In this document: piece by piece, positions 39,147 to 50,307 of the stretch
Numbering within the stretch: the stretch's first letter is position 1
Layout: each line of letters opens with the position of its first letter
Assembly (NCBI GenBank): GCA_963737635.1
Contig: CAVTTL010000001.1
Location: 1,248,001-1,312,000 of the forward strand
Reading direction: 5' to 3'
From: an uncultured Methanoregulaceae archaeon
GTDB lineage: Archaea; Halobacteriota; Methanomicrobia; Methanomicrobiales; Methanospirillaceae
Length of the DNA: 64,000 bases
Translations under genes and position numbers: made by a program
Notes under the pieces: model-generated
What the model was told of the DNA's origin: nothing
Seen by the model: the letters and a program-made list of their open reading frames with translations, nothing else
Databases searched by the model: none

Positions 39147-40832
39147 TTACCTTGCGGGGATGATCAGCGAGCGCTCGCCGGCGGGCATGAACTCGCGGAT
39201 TGCGCCCTTTGCGAACTCGCGGCGTGGTTCGGAGAAGTCGAACTTGAGCGACGGGTCTGCGAACGTGATCTTCATGAGCGGGGACAGGGTCCAGGCATCT
39301 TGGCGTCCATAGTGGGCGGCCGCAGCAATTGCGGCGTATTCTCCCTGGTGTCCGACATTCATTGCGTAGTTCGGGTAGTTCGGGCCGCGAAGTTCCCCGA
39401 TACAGCCCTCGTCGGGCCGGACGGACATACAGTTCGCGGAACCGCACTGGTCCTGCAGGTCGTAGCCGAAGAAGCCGAGACGTGACCAGCCTTCCTTGTG
39501 CATGAGCATCGACATGTACCAACCGTTCAGGCCTGCATTGGAGTTTGCCGTTCCAAGTGAAGCGGAGATACCTGATGCCGCGGCAAGGACGGATGCACGC
39601 TGGGAACCGCCGAAGTGGTCCTCGAGTGCAGTCGGGTACTGCTCGTACTGCTCCATACCGTAGAGCGTGACTTCAGATGCAATGTCGCTGACTGCTTCCT
39701 GGGTCTGTTTTGCCTTTCCGATACCGCCGTGGTTCTTCTTGACGTAGTCAAGACCGTAGTAGCAGTAGTCGTCGAGGATGTTGTCGGTATATGCAGCGGT
39801 TGCATACTGGGTGAATCCGACACCGCCGGACATATAAGATCCGAGCCAGATCTGGTCGAAGAGCATGGTACCTGCACCGACGACTTCAAGGGATGCCTTG
39901 ACGGGGTCGTTGGGGTACTTGCGGTCTGCCTGGATCATGTCGGCGAAATGTCCGAACTTGATGCCACCTGGCTCGTTCGGGCCACGTGCACGGCGGGCGG
40001 GCAGGATATCTGCCATCTGGATGACGCCGGCGTGCTTAGCTGCGAATGCGAGGTCGGCGACTGCTGCCTCGCCGGCGCACATCTTGTACGCTCCGATGAA
40101 GGACATACCGATCTGCATGGCGGACCACCGGGAGGTTGTTCCTCCGTCGCAGGTCCTGCTGACTGTAGTCGGGATGTGGACAGCCTGCCACATGGACTTG
40201 CCGACTGCTGCCTTGAGTGCTGCTGCCTGCTTTGCCGGGAAGAGCTTGTCGAGGTTTAAGACGAACTGGGATTCGAGGTCGTCCGCCATCTCATCATCGC
40301 CGGTGAAGACCTTGACGTAGCAGTCATCGACGAGTGCCGGGTGAGTCTCGACCATGTGTTCCTGCACGACGGCTGCGCCGGGCATCGCGTGGTTGAGCAC
40401 GTGGAGGTACTCGTTGATGGTTTCAGGAGTAACTTCTTTCCCGAGACGCTTCTGGAGGGTACCGTGGGCGAGGTCGAGGCCGACGATGATCGTCCGGCGG
40501 ATGTCGTCCCACATCTGCTGCATTGCAGCGTTGTTGACAAAGTGAAGGTCATCGCCCTCTACAAAGACACCGGTGCCGGAGACCTCGTAGGTCATCAGCT
40601 GGCGCTGGCCGAGAGGAATACCGCCACAGTGGCAGCGCTTGGGGTCGTACATGGAGATGCCGCGGTCCATCTCGGCCTTCTTACCGGCCTTGAGGAACTC
40701 CATCTTGCGCGGGGACTGCTCGAGACCTTCGCGGGCGAACACCGTTGAGGTTGCCTGGGGGTCTTCTGCGAACTTCTCCTTCATTGCCTTCAGGAAGAGC
40801 TTCTGGGTCCTTTCGATTTTTGCCTTTGCCAT
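39147..40832 (-). CDS. mcrA: Methyl-coenzyme M reductase alpha subunit
   Basis: [56 protein letters not shown]. Confidence 0.99.
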   Translation of the reverse strand: MAKAKIERTQKLFLKAMKEKFAEDPQATSTVFAREGLEQSPRKMEFLKAGKKAEMDRGISMYDPKRCHCGGIPLGQRQLMTYEVSGTGVFVEGDDLHFVNNAAMQQMWDDIRRTIIVGLDLAHGTLQKRLGKEVTPETINEYLHVLNHAMPGAAVVQEHMVETHPALVDDCYVKVFTGDDEMADDLESQFVLNLDKLFPAKQAAALKAAVGKSMWQAVHIPTTVSRTCDGGTTSRWSAMQIGMSFIGAYKMCAGEAAVADLAFAAKHAGVIQMADILPARRARGPNEPGGIKFGHFADMIQADRKYPNDPVKASLEVVGAGTMLFDQIWLGSYMSGGVGFTQYATAAYTDNILDDYCYYGLDYVKKNHGGIGKAKQTQEAVSDIASEVTLYGMEQYEQYPTALEDHFGGSQRASVLAAASGISASLGTANSNAGLNGWYMSMLMHKEGWSRLGFFGYDLQDQCGSANCMSVRPDEGCIGELRGPNYPNYAMNVGHQGEYAAIAAAAHYGRQDAWTLSPLMKITFADPSLKFDFSEPRREFAKGAIREFMPAGERSLIIPAR

Positions 40833-40838
40833 ATCTTA

Positions 40839-41604
40839 TCACTCCTTTGGCATGAAGCCGTATTTTACCCTCAGCGCGTGGATGCGCTGGATGTATTCAA
40901 TGTATTCTGCGTCTTCACGGAATCCGGTACCGACAAGCGAGTGGAACATGGTGGTGTGTGCCTTGAGCCACTTCTCGTCCATAGCCTTGCCGACCTTGAC
41001 TTCGGAGTCAAGGGGAACGCCGACTTGGTCTTTGACGTACTTGATCTGTCCCGACTTCTTGTCCATGACAAAGCGCTGGAGCATATCGAACATCATCCCA
41101 TTCTCATCGAGACGGAGGGAGTGTCCGTGCACGGTACAGCCGCGGATGCCGGTGAGTGCTGCATCGAAGAGACTCGGTGTTGACGAGTTCTTTTGCATAC
41201 TTCTCGAGATCTCTCTCACGGCATTCGATGATCTGACGGCCTGACAGCGTACCCGGGTCGATACCACGGTAGCGGTATGCCTCGAGCCAGCTTCTCTGGT
41301 AGGGCTGGCAGGGTGCATTGTACATCGAGTCGGTAAACTGGATGTAGCGGACGCGGTCGCCGGCTTTTGCGCCGTCGGTCGGGGTCACGAGCTTGCGGAT
41401 CGGACATGCCGGTTCCTGTTGCTCGGAGAGTGGCGGGTGGGCAGATGGATATGCTGCACCAGGTGCCTTGTGTCCCATGACGAGGACGATGTCCTTGTCC
41501 GTTACATCGCGAAGCTTTTCCAGCTTGTGGGTTGGGTCCAGCTGCTTGCGCCTGTTTTCGGCGATATGCGTCTGGCCGGGACAATACTGGGGTTTGTATG
41601 CCAT
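40839..41604 (-). CDS. mcrG: Methyl-coenzyme M reductase gamma subunit (apparent +1 indel at ~41173)
   Basis: YPSAHPPL, GDRVRYIQF, GTLSGRQ; shifted frame continues LFDAALTGIRGCTVHGHSLRLDENG. Confidence 0.96.
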
Positions 41605-41611
41605 TGTTTAA

Positions 41612-42250
41612 TCACTCCAATGTTGTTTCCTTCTTTTTCACGATTCTCATGACAGATGAAATGACTTCCGCCATCTTCTCTCGCGTGGGGGTCTGACCCC
41701 GGGTTACGCCGCTGACTATAGCCATCACCGTGCCTTTCGTCCGGATCCGGTCTGTCGGGGGCATCACTACCGCGGTCTTCACGCCCTCTTTTGCGAGATC
41801 TTCATAATCAATCGGGGACTGGGAGACGACAATTGCCTTCACGTCACAATTCTCAAGGATAAACCGGACCTTGTGCACGACATGGGATCGGACGTTCCCA
41901 TGGTGAAGTATAGCGACTTTGTGTCTCTCAATCTGCGCAATTTCCTTATCTGTAAGCCCGAAGTAGGCGCCGATGACCCCGCCGGGAATATTGGGAGCGT
42001 CCGGGGGGACGCCGCTGCCGGCGTTCAGTACAAGGGTGCTGATGCTGTATTCGACGCCCTGCTGTCGCAGCCCTGAGGTGATATCGCACACCGGTTTGGT
42101 GACGTGGCGGCGTCCGGGGGACATCCCGACCACGATCACGTCCGGGTACCGGCATTCGGAGATGGTGCCTCTCTGGGCTATCCCGCCTCCTTTACCCATG
42201 CCCATCGCCTCTCGGCAATCCACAACTTGGGTTACTCGTCCTATCGGCAT
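41612..42250 (-). CDS. mcrC: MCR operon protein C
   Basis: VDCREAMGMGKGGGIAQRGT, MSPGRRHVTKPVC, LNAGSGVP. Confidence 0.97.
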   Translation of the reverse strand: MPIGRVTQVVDCREAMGMGKGGGIAQRGTISECRYPDVIVVGMSPGRRHVTKPVCDITSGLRQQGVEYSISTLVLNAGSGVPPDAPNIPGGVIGAYFGLTDKEIAQIERHKVAILHHGNVRSHVVHKVRFILENCDVKAIVVSQSPIDYEDLAKEGVKTAVVMPPTDRIRTKGTVMAIVSGVTRGQTPTREKMAEVISSVMRIVKKKETTLE

Positions 42251-42720
42251 TATTTAATTCCCTGAATGATGGTGGGCCTGGACTTGCTGCTTGGATCAGC
42301 AAGGCCGAGGATCGATTTGTCCGCATCCGGCCCGTACTTGCAATAATCAACGAGCGACGGCTCGGTCTTCATGAATTTCCCTTCCTGTATCCGGAATGAA
42401 AAACAGGTGAAGACCTGTTCGCATGCGGCCTTCAGTGCGGGAATAACATCACGGCTTTCAATCTCGAGAAGTACCGTACCCACGTGAACCTGCAGATCCA
42501 CTTCCTGGTCACCCACATGAATTGTCTTCCTCATTGAATGAGGATTGGCAAGTCCTTTAGCGGGGCCGTAAGTTATGGTAACCGGAAGGCGTGGTCCGTT
42601 GAGAACCATGCGGCGGATACCAGGGATCTCAATAATCTTGTTCAGTAGGTGCTCGGTCGTCTCTGGATTAAGCAGCCGCTCAGTGACTATCCTGCACTGG
42701 GGGAACGTGGCTTCAGTCAT
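42250..42720 (-). CDS. mcrD: MCR operon protein D
   Basis: ERLLNPETTEHLLN, GPRLP..YGPAKG, DYCKYG. Confidence 0.96.
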   Translation of the reverse strand: MTEATFPQCRIVTERLLNPETTEHLLNKIIEIPGIRRMVLNGPRLPVTITYGPAKGLANPHSMRKTIHVGDQEVDLQVHVGTVLLEIESRDVIPALKAACEQVFTCFSFRIQEGKFMKTEPSLVDYCKYGPDADKSILGLADPSSKSRPTIIQGIK

Positions 42721-42736
42721 TTGTATCCGGGAGGGT

Positions 42737-44051
42737 TTATACACCCTTTGCGATCGTCTGGATCGGCTTCTTGAACGAGTCAAGCTGCCCGAAGGTGTCC
42801 TGGTAAACCTTTGAGGTAGCCTCGGGGCCGAACATCTGGGTGCCTGCATCCAGTGCGCATGCTGCTACGATACAGGGCATACCGACACCGGCTGCATGAC
42901 GGGTAACGACGTGGTTACCGTTGAATCCACCGGGGCCACCGCCACCATAGATTGAGTGGCTGAAGAACGAGAACCCAACTGCAACACCCATCGCACGGCC
43001 GAAGTCAGAGCCGGGGAGACCGGTCTCATGCTCAAGCAGGTCGTTGAAGTAGAGCAGGGTTGCGGATACTGCCTGGGCGAACCGTCCGGCACCACAGTTA
43101 ACCATGGTTGCCGCGAGGGTGCCTGCAGATGCGTACGCGTTCCACATCATCGGATCCTTGGTCTCGTAGAAGACGTAGCCGCTCTTGCCCTTCTTGCCTG
43201 CCTTGATGACTTTGTCGTCAATGGCACGCTCGACAAGGCTCTGCACGACAGTACCCGATGGTACCGGTCTTGCCGTTCTTCTTAACGAGGTCGTAGACAA
43301 TGTTGTTTGCGTTTAAGCCCTGGTATGCGTAGAGCAGAAGCTGGGCGCGCTCGAACGGGCCGATTGCTGCACCCATTTCAAACTCTCCAGCCTGCTCGAA
43401 GGTAGCACAGAGTGCTGCACCCTGCATTGCATTCCGGTGGGTTATCATGACCGCGTGGTTTGCCGGGATGTTGCGCAGTGCATAGCCGAGGCCTTCGTTG
43501 TTCTGCGGGATGGACAGGATAGAAACGACGTTTCCGCCCTGCATATCCATCGTCTGTGGGTAGGTACCCCAGACTGCACCCTTGACGTAGGAACCATCGA
43601 ACATACCGACCTTGTACTGGTCGATCAGTGCGTAGGTGGTTGCCGCTGCAACGCATGTGGATGTTGCATCGTAGGTTGCTGCTGCGTCCAGCCGGGCGCT
43701 CGGGACCTCGACAAGGAGCATCTTGCCGCCGCCGATCTTGGTGATCTTGGTGTTGTCGCCTTCAGTGACTTGGATCATGTCCTTGATCTTGGCAGAGATA
43801 GCGTCAGCATCCTTGACAACGCTGCAGTTCATGCTGCGGCCGAGGATCTGGTTGGACTTGCCGCCCATCTTACCGGTCTTGAGTGCTTCCTCAATACCGG
43901 CGAGGTTGACTGCCACGGTCCTCTTGGTGAGGTCGATGATACCGGCTGCACCTTTGTTGACCAGCGGGCTGATCTTGTCAATGGTGACATTGCTCTTTAA
44001 GAGCTTACCCTCATCGTCGTAGAGGTCGATTGCATCTTTATATTTTGCCAT
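42737..44051 (-). CDS. mcrB: Methyl-coenzyme M reductase beta subunit (apparent +1 indel at ~43255)
   Basis: [27 protein letters not shown]; shifted frame has [15 protein letters not shown]. Confidence 0.97.
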
Positions 44052-44195
44052 GTAATTTCCTCCAAATCTGGTTGTAACTGCTGTACCGTACGATATCTGA
44101 ACACTGGTAGTCACTAACAGGAATCACTGATAATGAATGAGAGTCACTATTGCACGTCCCCTAAATCGGGACATTGATTAATTCCCAATTTCTCC

Positions 44196-44209
44196 TTATA
44201 AGCGTTCCG
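44196..44209 (-). promoter_or_regulatory. Putative BRE-TATA for the mcr operon
   Basis: CGGAACGCTTATAA on the - strand, ~145 nt upstream of mcrB. Confidence 0.5.
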
Positions 44210-44429
44210 ATTTTATCTCGAAAGATTGTTTTATACAAATGCAAAAATATTACATAAACATGAAGGAATGTTCAAATATTACATATATCTGCCCTTTCTT
44301 TGTTTTACGCAGTGTGATTTTTTTTGAGAAAAGTGCTATTTTTTCTTATGTAAAATAAGAAAAACGCATATTTTCCTGTGCGCTTCTTATAAAAAAATAT
44401 TGGTTCTGACAGGTTTTTTGCAAAGGCAC

Positions 44430-44885
44430 TTATTTGTTTTCCGTAAGTGGGCTTGGTCCGAGTTCTCTTACGGTATCAACGACGTTTGTAACAACTTTTG
44501 CCCATTTTGCACCTTCCGATGCAGAGACAAAGGTCATCCGGAAGCGCCGGTCGTCAAGACCGATACTCTTCATAAGTCTCTTGACCATGAACATCCTCTT
44601 TGCCGCCTTGTAGTTGCCTTCAAGGTAGTGGCAGTCCCCGAAGTGGCACCCGGAGACAAGAACGCCATCAGCCCCATCGGCAAACGCTTTGAGGACGAAG
44701 AGAGAATCGAGACGGCCCGTGCACATGACACGGACGATCCTGATGTCCGGAGGGTACTGGATACGACCCCCGCCGGCGAGATCGGCCCCTGCATAGGAAC
44801 ACCAATTGCAGACCATACCGAGGATCTTAGGTTGCCAGAATCCGGGGCCTCTTTCTGGGATTTTGAAGTCACCTGGTGCTGACAT
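44430..44885 (-). CDS. mvhD: [2Fe-2S] subunit MvhD
   Basis: CNWCSYAGADLAG, RVMCTGR, GCHFGDCHY; Cys, not Sec. Confidence 0.96.
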   Translation of the reverse strand: MSAPGDFKIPERGPGFWQPKILGMVCNWCSYAGADLAGGGRIQYPPDIRIVRVMCTGRLDSLFVLKAFADGADGVLVSGCHFGDCHYLEGNYKAAKRMFMVKRLMKSIGLDDRRFRMTFVSASEGAKWAKVVTNVVDTVRELGPSPLTENK

Positions 44886-47037
44886 TTATTGCTCACCTCC
44901 GAGAAGGAATGCATCGATTTGGGCAACAACCTGAGGTGTCGTAAAGTGGTTCATCCAGATTGCGCCACCGGGACAGAAGCCGCCGCAGGTACCGCAACCC
45001 TTGCACTTGGCCTCGGTAACCTGCATGACCGTCTTTCCTTCCTTCTCTACGAGAGAAAGGGCGGTGTAGGGGCAGAGGTTTACGCACATGCCGCAACCGG
45101 CACACTTCTCCTCGATACAGGTGGCGAAGTACGGTTCAAGTTCGACCTCTCCGTTGTGGATCGGAATGCTTGCCGCAGAGGCAGCGCCTTCTGCAGATGC
45201 TACCGTGTCTGGGATATCCCTTGGACCCTGACAGACACCGGCAAGGAAAACACCGGCAGTAGTAGTTCCGCACGGATTGAGCTTCGGGTGGGCTTCTTGG
45301 AGCCAGCCGTCGCCAGGTACAGGAAACGCCGAATAGTCTCCGTGTCCTTTCTGTGTCTGCTTTTGGCTGGATTGCTGCTGCAAGTACGACAAGATCGACT
45401 TCCATATCGACCGGGCGGTCAAGCAGGGTATCGTCGGCGTGGACATGGAGGTTCTTGGTCTTGTAATCCTCGAGGATGTTTGCCACGCGCCCGCGGATAA
45501 ATTTCGCTCCTTCATCCTGGATGCGGTAGTAGAACTCCTCGTATGCCTTACCGAATGACCGGATATCCATATAGAAGATGTAGGGTATGCACCCGGGGAT
45601 TTTCTCGGTGATCTGGTGCGCGTGCTTTAAGGAATACATGCAACAGAACCGGGAACAATAGGGTTTACCGATACCGGTGTTGTCACGGGACCCGGCGCAG
45701 AGCACGAAGGCCACACGCTTGGGCGTTTCGCCATCGCTTGGGCGGACAAGGTGGCCGCCGGTTGGGCCGGATGCGCAGATGAGCCGCTCGAACTCGAGGC
45801 TGGTAATCACGTTCTCGTACCGCTTGTATCCCCATTCCTCTTTCTTTTCGATGGGGAAAATATCATAGCCTGTGGCGAGGATTGCCGTTCCTACCTTGAC
45901 TTTGATGAGCTCGTCCTTGGACTCGAGATCGATTGCTCTCTTTTCAGGACCGCATGCAGTCACGCACAACCCGCACTTGATACAGGTGTCGAAATCAATC
46001 GTGTAGATCAACGGGACAACCTGCGGGTGGTAGATGTAGATGGCCTTTCTCGGCTTCATCCCGATCTCGAATACGTTGGGCTTGATGACCGGGCAGACCG
46101 CGTCACAGTCACCGCAACCGTTACAGCCGCCTCCGACAATCCCGCGTGCTTCTGCCTCCTTCGGGGTCAGTACACCGCGGGCCTTCTTGCGGAGGGTTAC
46201 ATCGAAGTTCCCGATGTATCCTTCCACATTATCAACTTCGGAGTAGGTCATCAGCTCAATGTTCTGGCTCCTGCCGACGTCCACCATCTTTGGTGTCAGG
46301 ATGCACTGTGAACAGTCGAGGGTTGGGAACGTCTTGTCGAGCTGGGACATCCTGCCGCCAATAGTTGGCGCTGATTCGATGAGGTAGGTCTTAATCCCTG
46401 CTGCTGCAAGATCGAGCGCTGCCTGCATACCGGCGATCCCTGCACCGACAACCATTGCAGCCTTCTCGACCGGCACGGACTTCGGGAAGAGATCTTGGAG
46501 GAGTGCTGCCTTTGCAACAGCAATACGGACTGCATCCTTTGCCTTCTCCGTTGCACCAACACGGTCGTGCATGTGCACCCATGAGTTCTGGTCACGGATG
46601 TTTGCCATCTCGAACCGGAACGGGTTTAATCCGCCTTCCTTTGTTGCCATCCTGAATGTCGGCTCGTGGAGACGCGGCGTGCATGCTGCGACGACAACAC
46701 CTGTCAGTTTCTGGTCTTTGATTGCTTTTTCAATCTTGCCTTGGCCGGGTGTCGAGCACATGTACTGGTAATCGTCTGCCCATGCAACTTCGGGGAGCGT
46801 TTTTGCGTATTCCTCGACTTCTTTGATATCGAGCGAACCGGCAATGTTAGTACCGCAATGGCAGATGAAGACCCCGATGCGTGGTTTCTGCGTGGTGGTA
46901 GCACCGGGCGCTGCTCCTGCTTTTACTTCCGGTGCAAGGGCCTGTTTCTTGACTTCCTCTTTCACGGGAGCCTCCTTTTTAGTATCCTGCTTCTTGGTTT
47001 CGGTCTTTTTGGTAGTTGCTTTCTTCTTTTCAACCAT
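44886..47037 (-). CDS. hdrA: Heterodisulfide reductase subunit A (apparent indel at ~45315)
   Basis: RIGVFICHCGTNI, GAGIAG, CSRFCCMY; shifted frame continues DGWLQEAHPKL..GVCQGPRDI and the ferredoxin domain. Confidence 0.96.
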
Positions 47038-47047
47038 CTTTCCCACC

Positions 47048-47971
47048 TCACAGCACCTTCTGCAGGAATGATTCGCAGCTGATTCCGTGCAGGTCAAGTC
47101 CGAGATCCTGAGGGCTCATGCCCTGTGCAAGGCCAAGGAGCTCGGCAAAGTGCAACACCGGTAAATTATAGCTGACGCCGAACTTTTCCTTGATCTCAAT
47201 CTGGCCGCGGTCGAACTGAAGCTGGCAGAATGGGCAGATATCGGTTAGCGCATCCACTCCTGCCTCTTTGAGGTTGATCAGCTTATCGTTGGTAATATCC
47301 AGCGAATGGACGATATCGTATCCGCGGACACCGCCACCGGCACCACAACACTGCATCTTATTGCGGTACTCAACCGGTGTTGCACCAAGAGCTGCGACTA
47401 ACTCTTCCATCCAGCTCGGGTGCTCGGTGTTCAGCATGACTTCCTTCTCAAATTCACGATCCTTGTGGGGTTTGGTGAGGTGACAGCCGTAATGGACGGC
47501 GATGCGGGAACCAGTAAGGGGACTTACTACGGTGTCTTTAATCTTCGCGACACCGGCGAACTTGTCATTGTAGAGAATCTCAGCGAGGTGATAGACATTG
47601 ATAGTGCCCTTGAACTCCATATCGACTTCTTTAAGCACTTCGTTGACGCCATCACGGAGATCCTGGTTGTGTTTGAGCTTGTGGTTGACTTCCCAGATCG
47701 ATTTGTAGCAACCATTGCAGACTAGTGCGATATCGGTTTTCATCTGTTCGGCGAGCACAAGATTGCGTGCTGCCATTGCATAGAAAACGTTCATATCGAT
47801 GGAACCAAATGCACCGGGGGCCGGGCAGCAACTTGCTCCCTTAAGGGGAACGAGATCGATGCCGAGTTTCTTGCAACCTTTGATAGATGCGGATTCCACA
47901 CCCGGGTACCGGTTTGGTGCAATGCAGCCAAGGTAGAACGCGAACGTGTGGTTTGCTTTGGATTCTGACAT
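47048..47971 (-). CDS. hdrB: Heterodisulfide reductase subunit B
   Basis: LGCIAPNRYPG, SCCPAPG, HYGCH, CCGAGGG, CPFCQLQFD. Confidence 0.97.
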   Translation of the reverse strand: MSESKANHTFAFYLGCIAPNRYPGVESASIKGCKKLGIDLVPLKGASCCPAPGAFGSIDMNVFYAMAARNLVLAEQMKTDIALVCNGCYKSIWEVNHKLKHNQDLRDGVNEVLKEVDMEFKGTINVYHLAEILYNDKFAGVAKIKDTVVSPLTGSRIAVHYGCHLTKPHKDREFEKEVMLNTEHPSWMEELVAALGATPVEYRNKMQCCGAGGGVRGYDIVHSLDITNDKLINLKEAGVDALTDICPFCQLQFDRGQIEIKEKFGVSYNLPVLHFAELLGLAQGMSPQDLGLDLHGISCESFLQKVL

Positions 47972-47977
47972 GCTCTC

Positions 47978-48560
47978 TTATCCCTCCCGTTCCTTGACAA
48001 TCCTGTCGGCATTCTCTTTGAGATGGTAGTGGTCGATGATCTTCCTGATGGCCGGCATATATTCGGGGTACATGTGGGTGGTCGGTGGGTCACGCGTGAG
48101 TCCGAGTCTCTCTCGGGCTGCACGGTTGACATCATTGTTGGGCACACCGTGACCGGAGCTGTAGATCGCCTGCACGGTCTTGAGGAAGTTCACCGGTATA
48201 ATATCGTGGGTGAATGCCATGTTTCTCATAGCCATAATCACATCAGTGGGTGCAATGTCACGCGGGCACCGGTCGGTGCAGCTGTAACAGGTGGTGCACA
48301 GCCAGAGATCGGGATCGGTAAGCGCCTCGTTCTCGAACCCGAGGACAGACTCTCCGCATAAACTTGCGGATCCGGTAGGTGCTTCTGGGTGCTGAGGGGC
48401 ACGAGCCGGTGCAGGTACCACATTGGTAGCACATATGGGCAATGGTGCGTGAAATACCCTCGACTCTCTTAGTAAAGTCAGGAACCGAGTCTTCACGGAA
48501 ATACCGCTGATCGTGGAGTTTTTTCTCCATCGCTTCCGGGTAACCTTTTGTTCTTGCCAT
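47978..48560 (-). CDS. hdrC: Heterodisulfide reductase subunit C (apparent +1 indel at ~48349)
   Basis: CYQCGTCTGSCP in one frame, WLCTTCYSCTDRCPR in the next. Confidence 0.94.
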
Positions 48561-48572
48561 GCTCGTCCTCCC

Positions 48573-49745
48573 TCACGCCTTCTCCATCATTTTTAGTCCG
48601 ACCTGTCCGGTAATATTTTCCTTTACCTTTGAGGTTCTTCTCGTGCAGAGTTTCTCCTTGATCTTCCTGAAGAGGTCCGTCTCCGTTCCTTTCATCCGGA
48701 GGCCGGTCCGCTGGAGCACGATGATATCTTCACCGGGACAGGCATCAACACAGGCACCGCAGAGAATACAGTAATCCTTGTTGACTGCGATGGTAGCCTC
48801 GATGTTGTGTCCCATCTCGGCTGCCGGCTTCTCGCTTGGGAGATAAATCGCATTTGCCGGGCAGATTTCCACACAGGTGGAACAACCACCGGGGCACTTT
48901 TCGGCATGGAACTCAATATCGCCTTCAAAGAGCTTCTCAACAACAATTGCCTCAGTCGGGCAATTGCGTGCACACCAGGTACAGGTGCAGCAGTTGTCCT
49001 GTATAATGCTGACCTTACCGCTTATCTTATCGGAAATTACCTCGCGTTCAACGGTGATGCATTCTTCAGGGCAGGCTTCTACGCATACCTTGCATGCGTC
49101 ACATTTGGTCTCGTCCCAGATTACATCGCCTTCAACTTTGCCGACCTCAGCCGTAAATTCCTTGTGCTTGACTTTTATAGCAGGACAGAGTGCACCACAT
49201 ATACCACACAAGGTGCATTTCTCCTTGTCCACTGTGAAAGTAGTCTTTGCCGTGAGTGCGGTCTGGCGATCCTTTGCGCCTGCAATCGGCCCTTTATAAG
49301 TACCTTCATAAGCGGGAACATTCCTGTCGATTGCATCACGCGGGCAGACCGATTCGCAGATCGTGCACCTCACGCATTTTTCGTCATCGATCTCTGCCTT
49401 CATGTCATACTGCGGGAATCCCTCTTTTTCAATAATGGGAAGCCGCTCCTGATTGTCGACTTTCAGAGTCAATGCATTGAACGGGCACATGATCACACAG
49501 ACACCGCAGTACGAGCACTTGGTCTCGTCTACATCGATTGGTGTCGCATAGTTAATGGCACCCCGGCGGGCTGCACCGACAAGTCCGAGGACAATAGCCT
49601 CCTCAGGACAGGACTCGACACAGATACCGCATCCTGTGCAGGTCTCTGAATTCAGAATCAGGTTGTTCACGCTCTGAAGGAGACGCTGCTCCATCACAAC
49701 GTTGACACCATCCCTTTTTTTGGAAAACTTTGGAAACAATGCCAT
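48573..49745 (-). CDS. fwdF: Polyferredoxin, formylmethanofuran dehydrogenase subunit F-like
   Basis: Eight CxxCxxCxxxCP-type motifs; adjacent to hdrC. Confidence 0.88.
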   Translation of the reverse strand: MALFPKFSKKRDGVNVVMEQRLLQSVNNLILNSETCTGCGICVESCPEEAIVLGLVGAARRGAINYATPIDVDETKCSYCGVCVIMCPFNALTLKVDNQERLPIIEKEGFPQYDMKAEIDDEKCVRCTICESVCPRDAIDRNVPAYEGTYKGPIAGAKDRQTALTAKTTFTVDKEKCTLCGICGALCPAIKVKHKEFTAEVGKVEGDVIWDETKCDACKVCVEACPEECITVEREVISDKISGKVSIIQDNCCTCTWCARNCPTEAIVVEKLFEGDIEFHAEKCPGGCSTCVEICPANAIYLPSEKPAAEMGHNIEATIAVNKDYCILCGACVDACPGEDIIVLQRTGLRMKGTETDLFRKIKEKLCTRRTSKVKENITGQVGLKMMEKA

Positions 49746-49768
49746 GAAATAACCCTCACGCTGTTCCT

Positions 49769-50038
49769 CTATTGCACCTTTGCCTTTGCTCTGGTTTCCC
49801 AGGGCCCTGTCAGCCTGATAATATCATGCGGACACGTCTGGACGCATTCACCGCACACGGCGGGTAGGAGCATACTCTTGAAGTCCGGGATTATCATCAC
49901 TCCATCCCGGTCTGTGCAGATATTTTTGGTTGACTCCGGAACTACCGTGTGAAGTTCCAGCGCGTCCACAGGACATGCAACAACACCACTGCTACAGCCG
50001 GTGCAATGGCCGAAATTGATCTGCACTGCAAATGCCAT
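49769..50038 (-). CDS. FwdG-like small ferredoxin with degenerate cluster motifs
   Basis: MAFAVQIN..CTGCSSGVVACPVDALE and AVCGECVQTCP; each motif lacks one Cys. Confidence 0.65.
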   Translation of the reverse strand: MAFAVQINFGHCTGCSSGVVACPVDALELHTVVPESTKNICTDRDGVMIIPDFKSMLLPAVCGECVQTCPHDIIRLTGPWETRAKAKVQ

Positions 50039-50307
50039 GTGTTCACGCACCAGCTATGATCGATTTCAAAATCGATTATTAAAAGAGTGGTGGAAGTATC
50101 TAGATAAAGGTTCTGAAATATGTCGTGCCAAAACAGCAATTTTATTCATTTTTTTTAATTTTTATTTATATGCTCCGAGCTAGTGTTAATCACAAATACT
50201 ATACTTTTTAATGATATTCCACTGCGCTCTTAGAATCTCTACGATCAAATGAGAAAATTTATTCGGTAATATCATGGTACTTCTGGTATACCTGAGGTTA
50301 TGTTAGT

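Noticed and set aside
40839-48560. mcrG, mcrB, hdrA and hdrC as pseudogenes or programmed frameshifts
   Set aside because: These genes are essential, both halves are fully conserved, and the same single-base indel pattern affects ribosomal genes; sequencing error is far more likely.
5885-49649. Long antisense or alternate-frame ORFs (e.g. 5885-6673, 8154-8915, 11238-12254, 39615-40259, 48807-49649)
   Set aside because: These are shadows of highly expressed genes with biased codon usage and carry no protein motifs.
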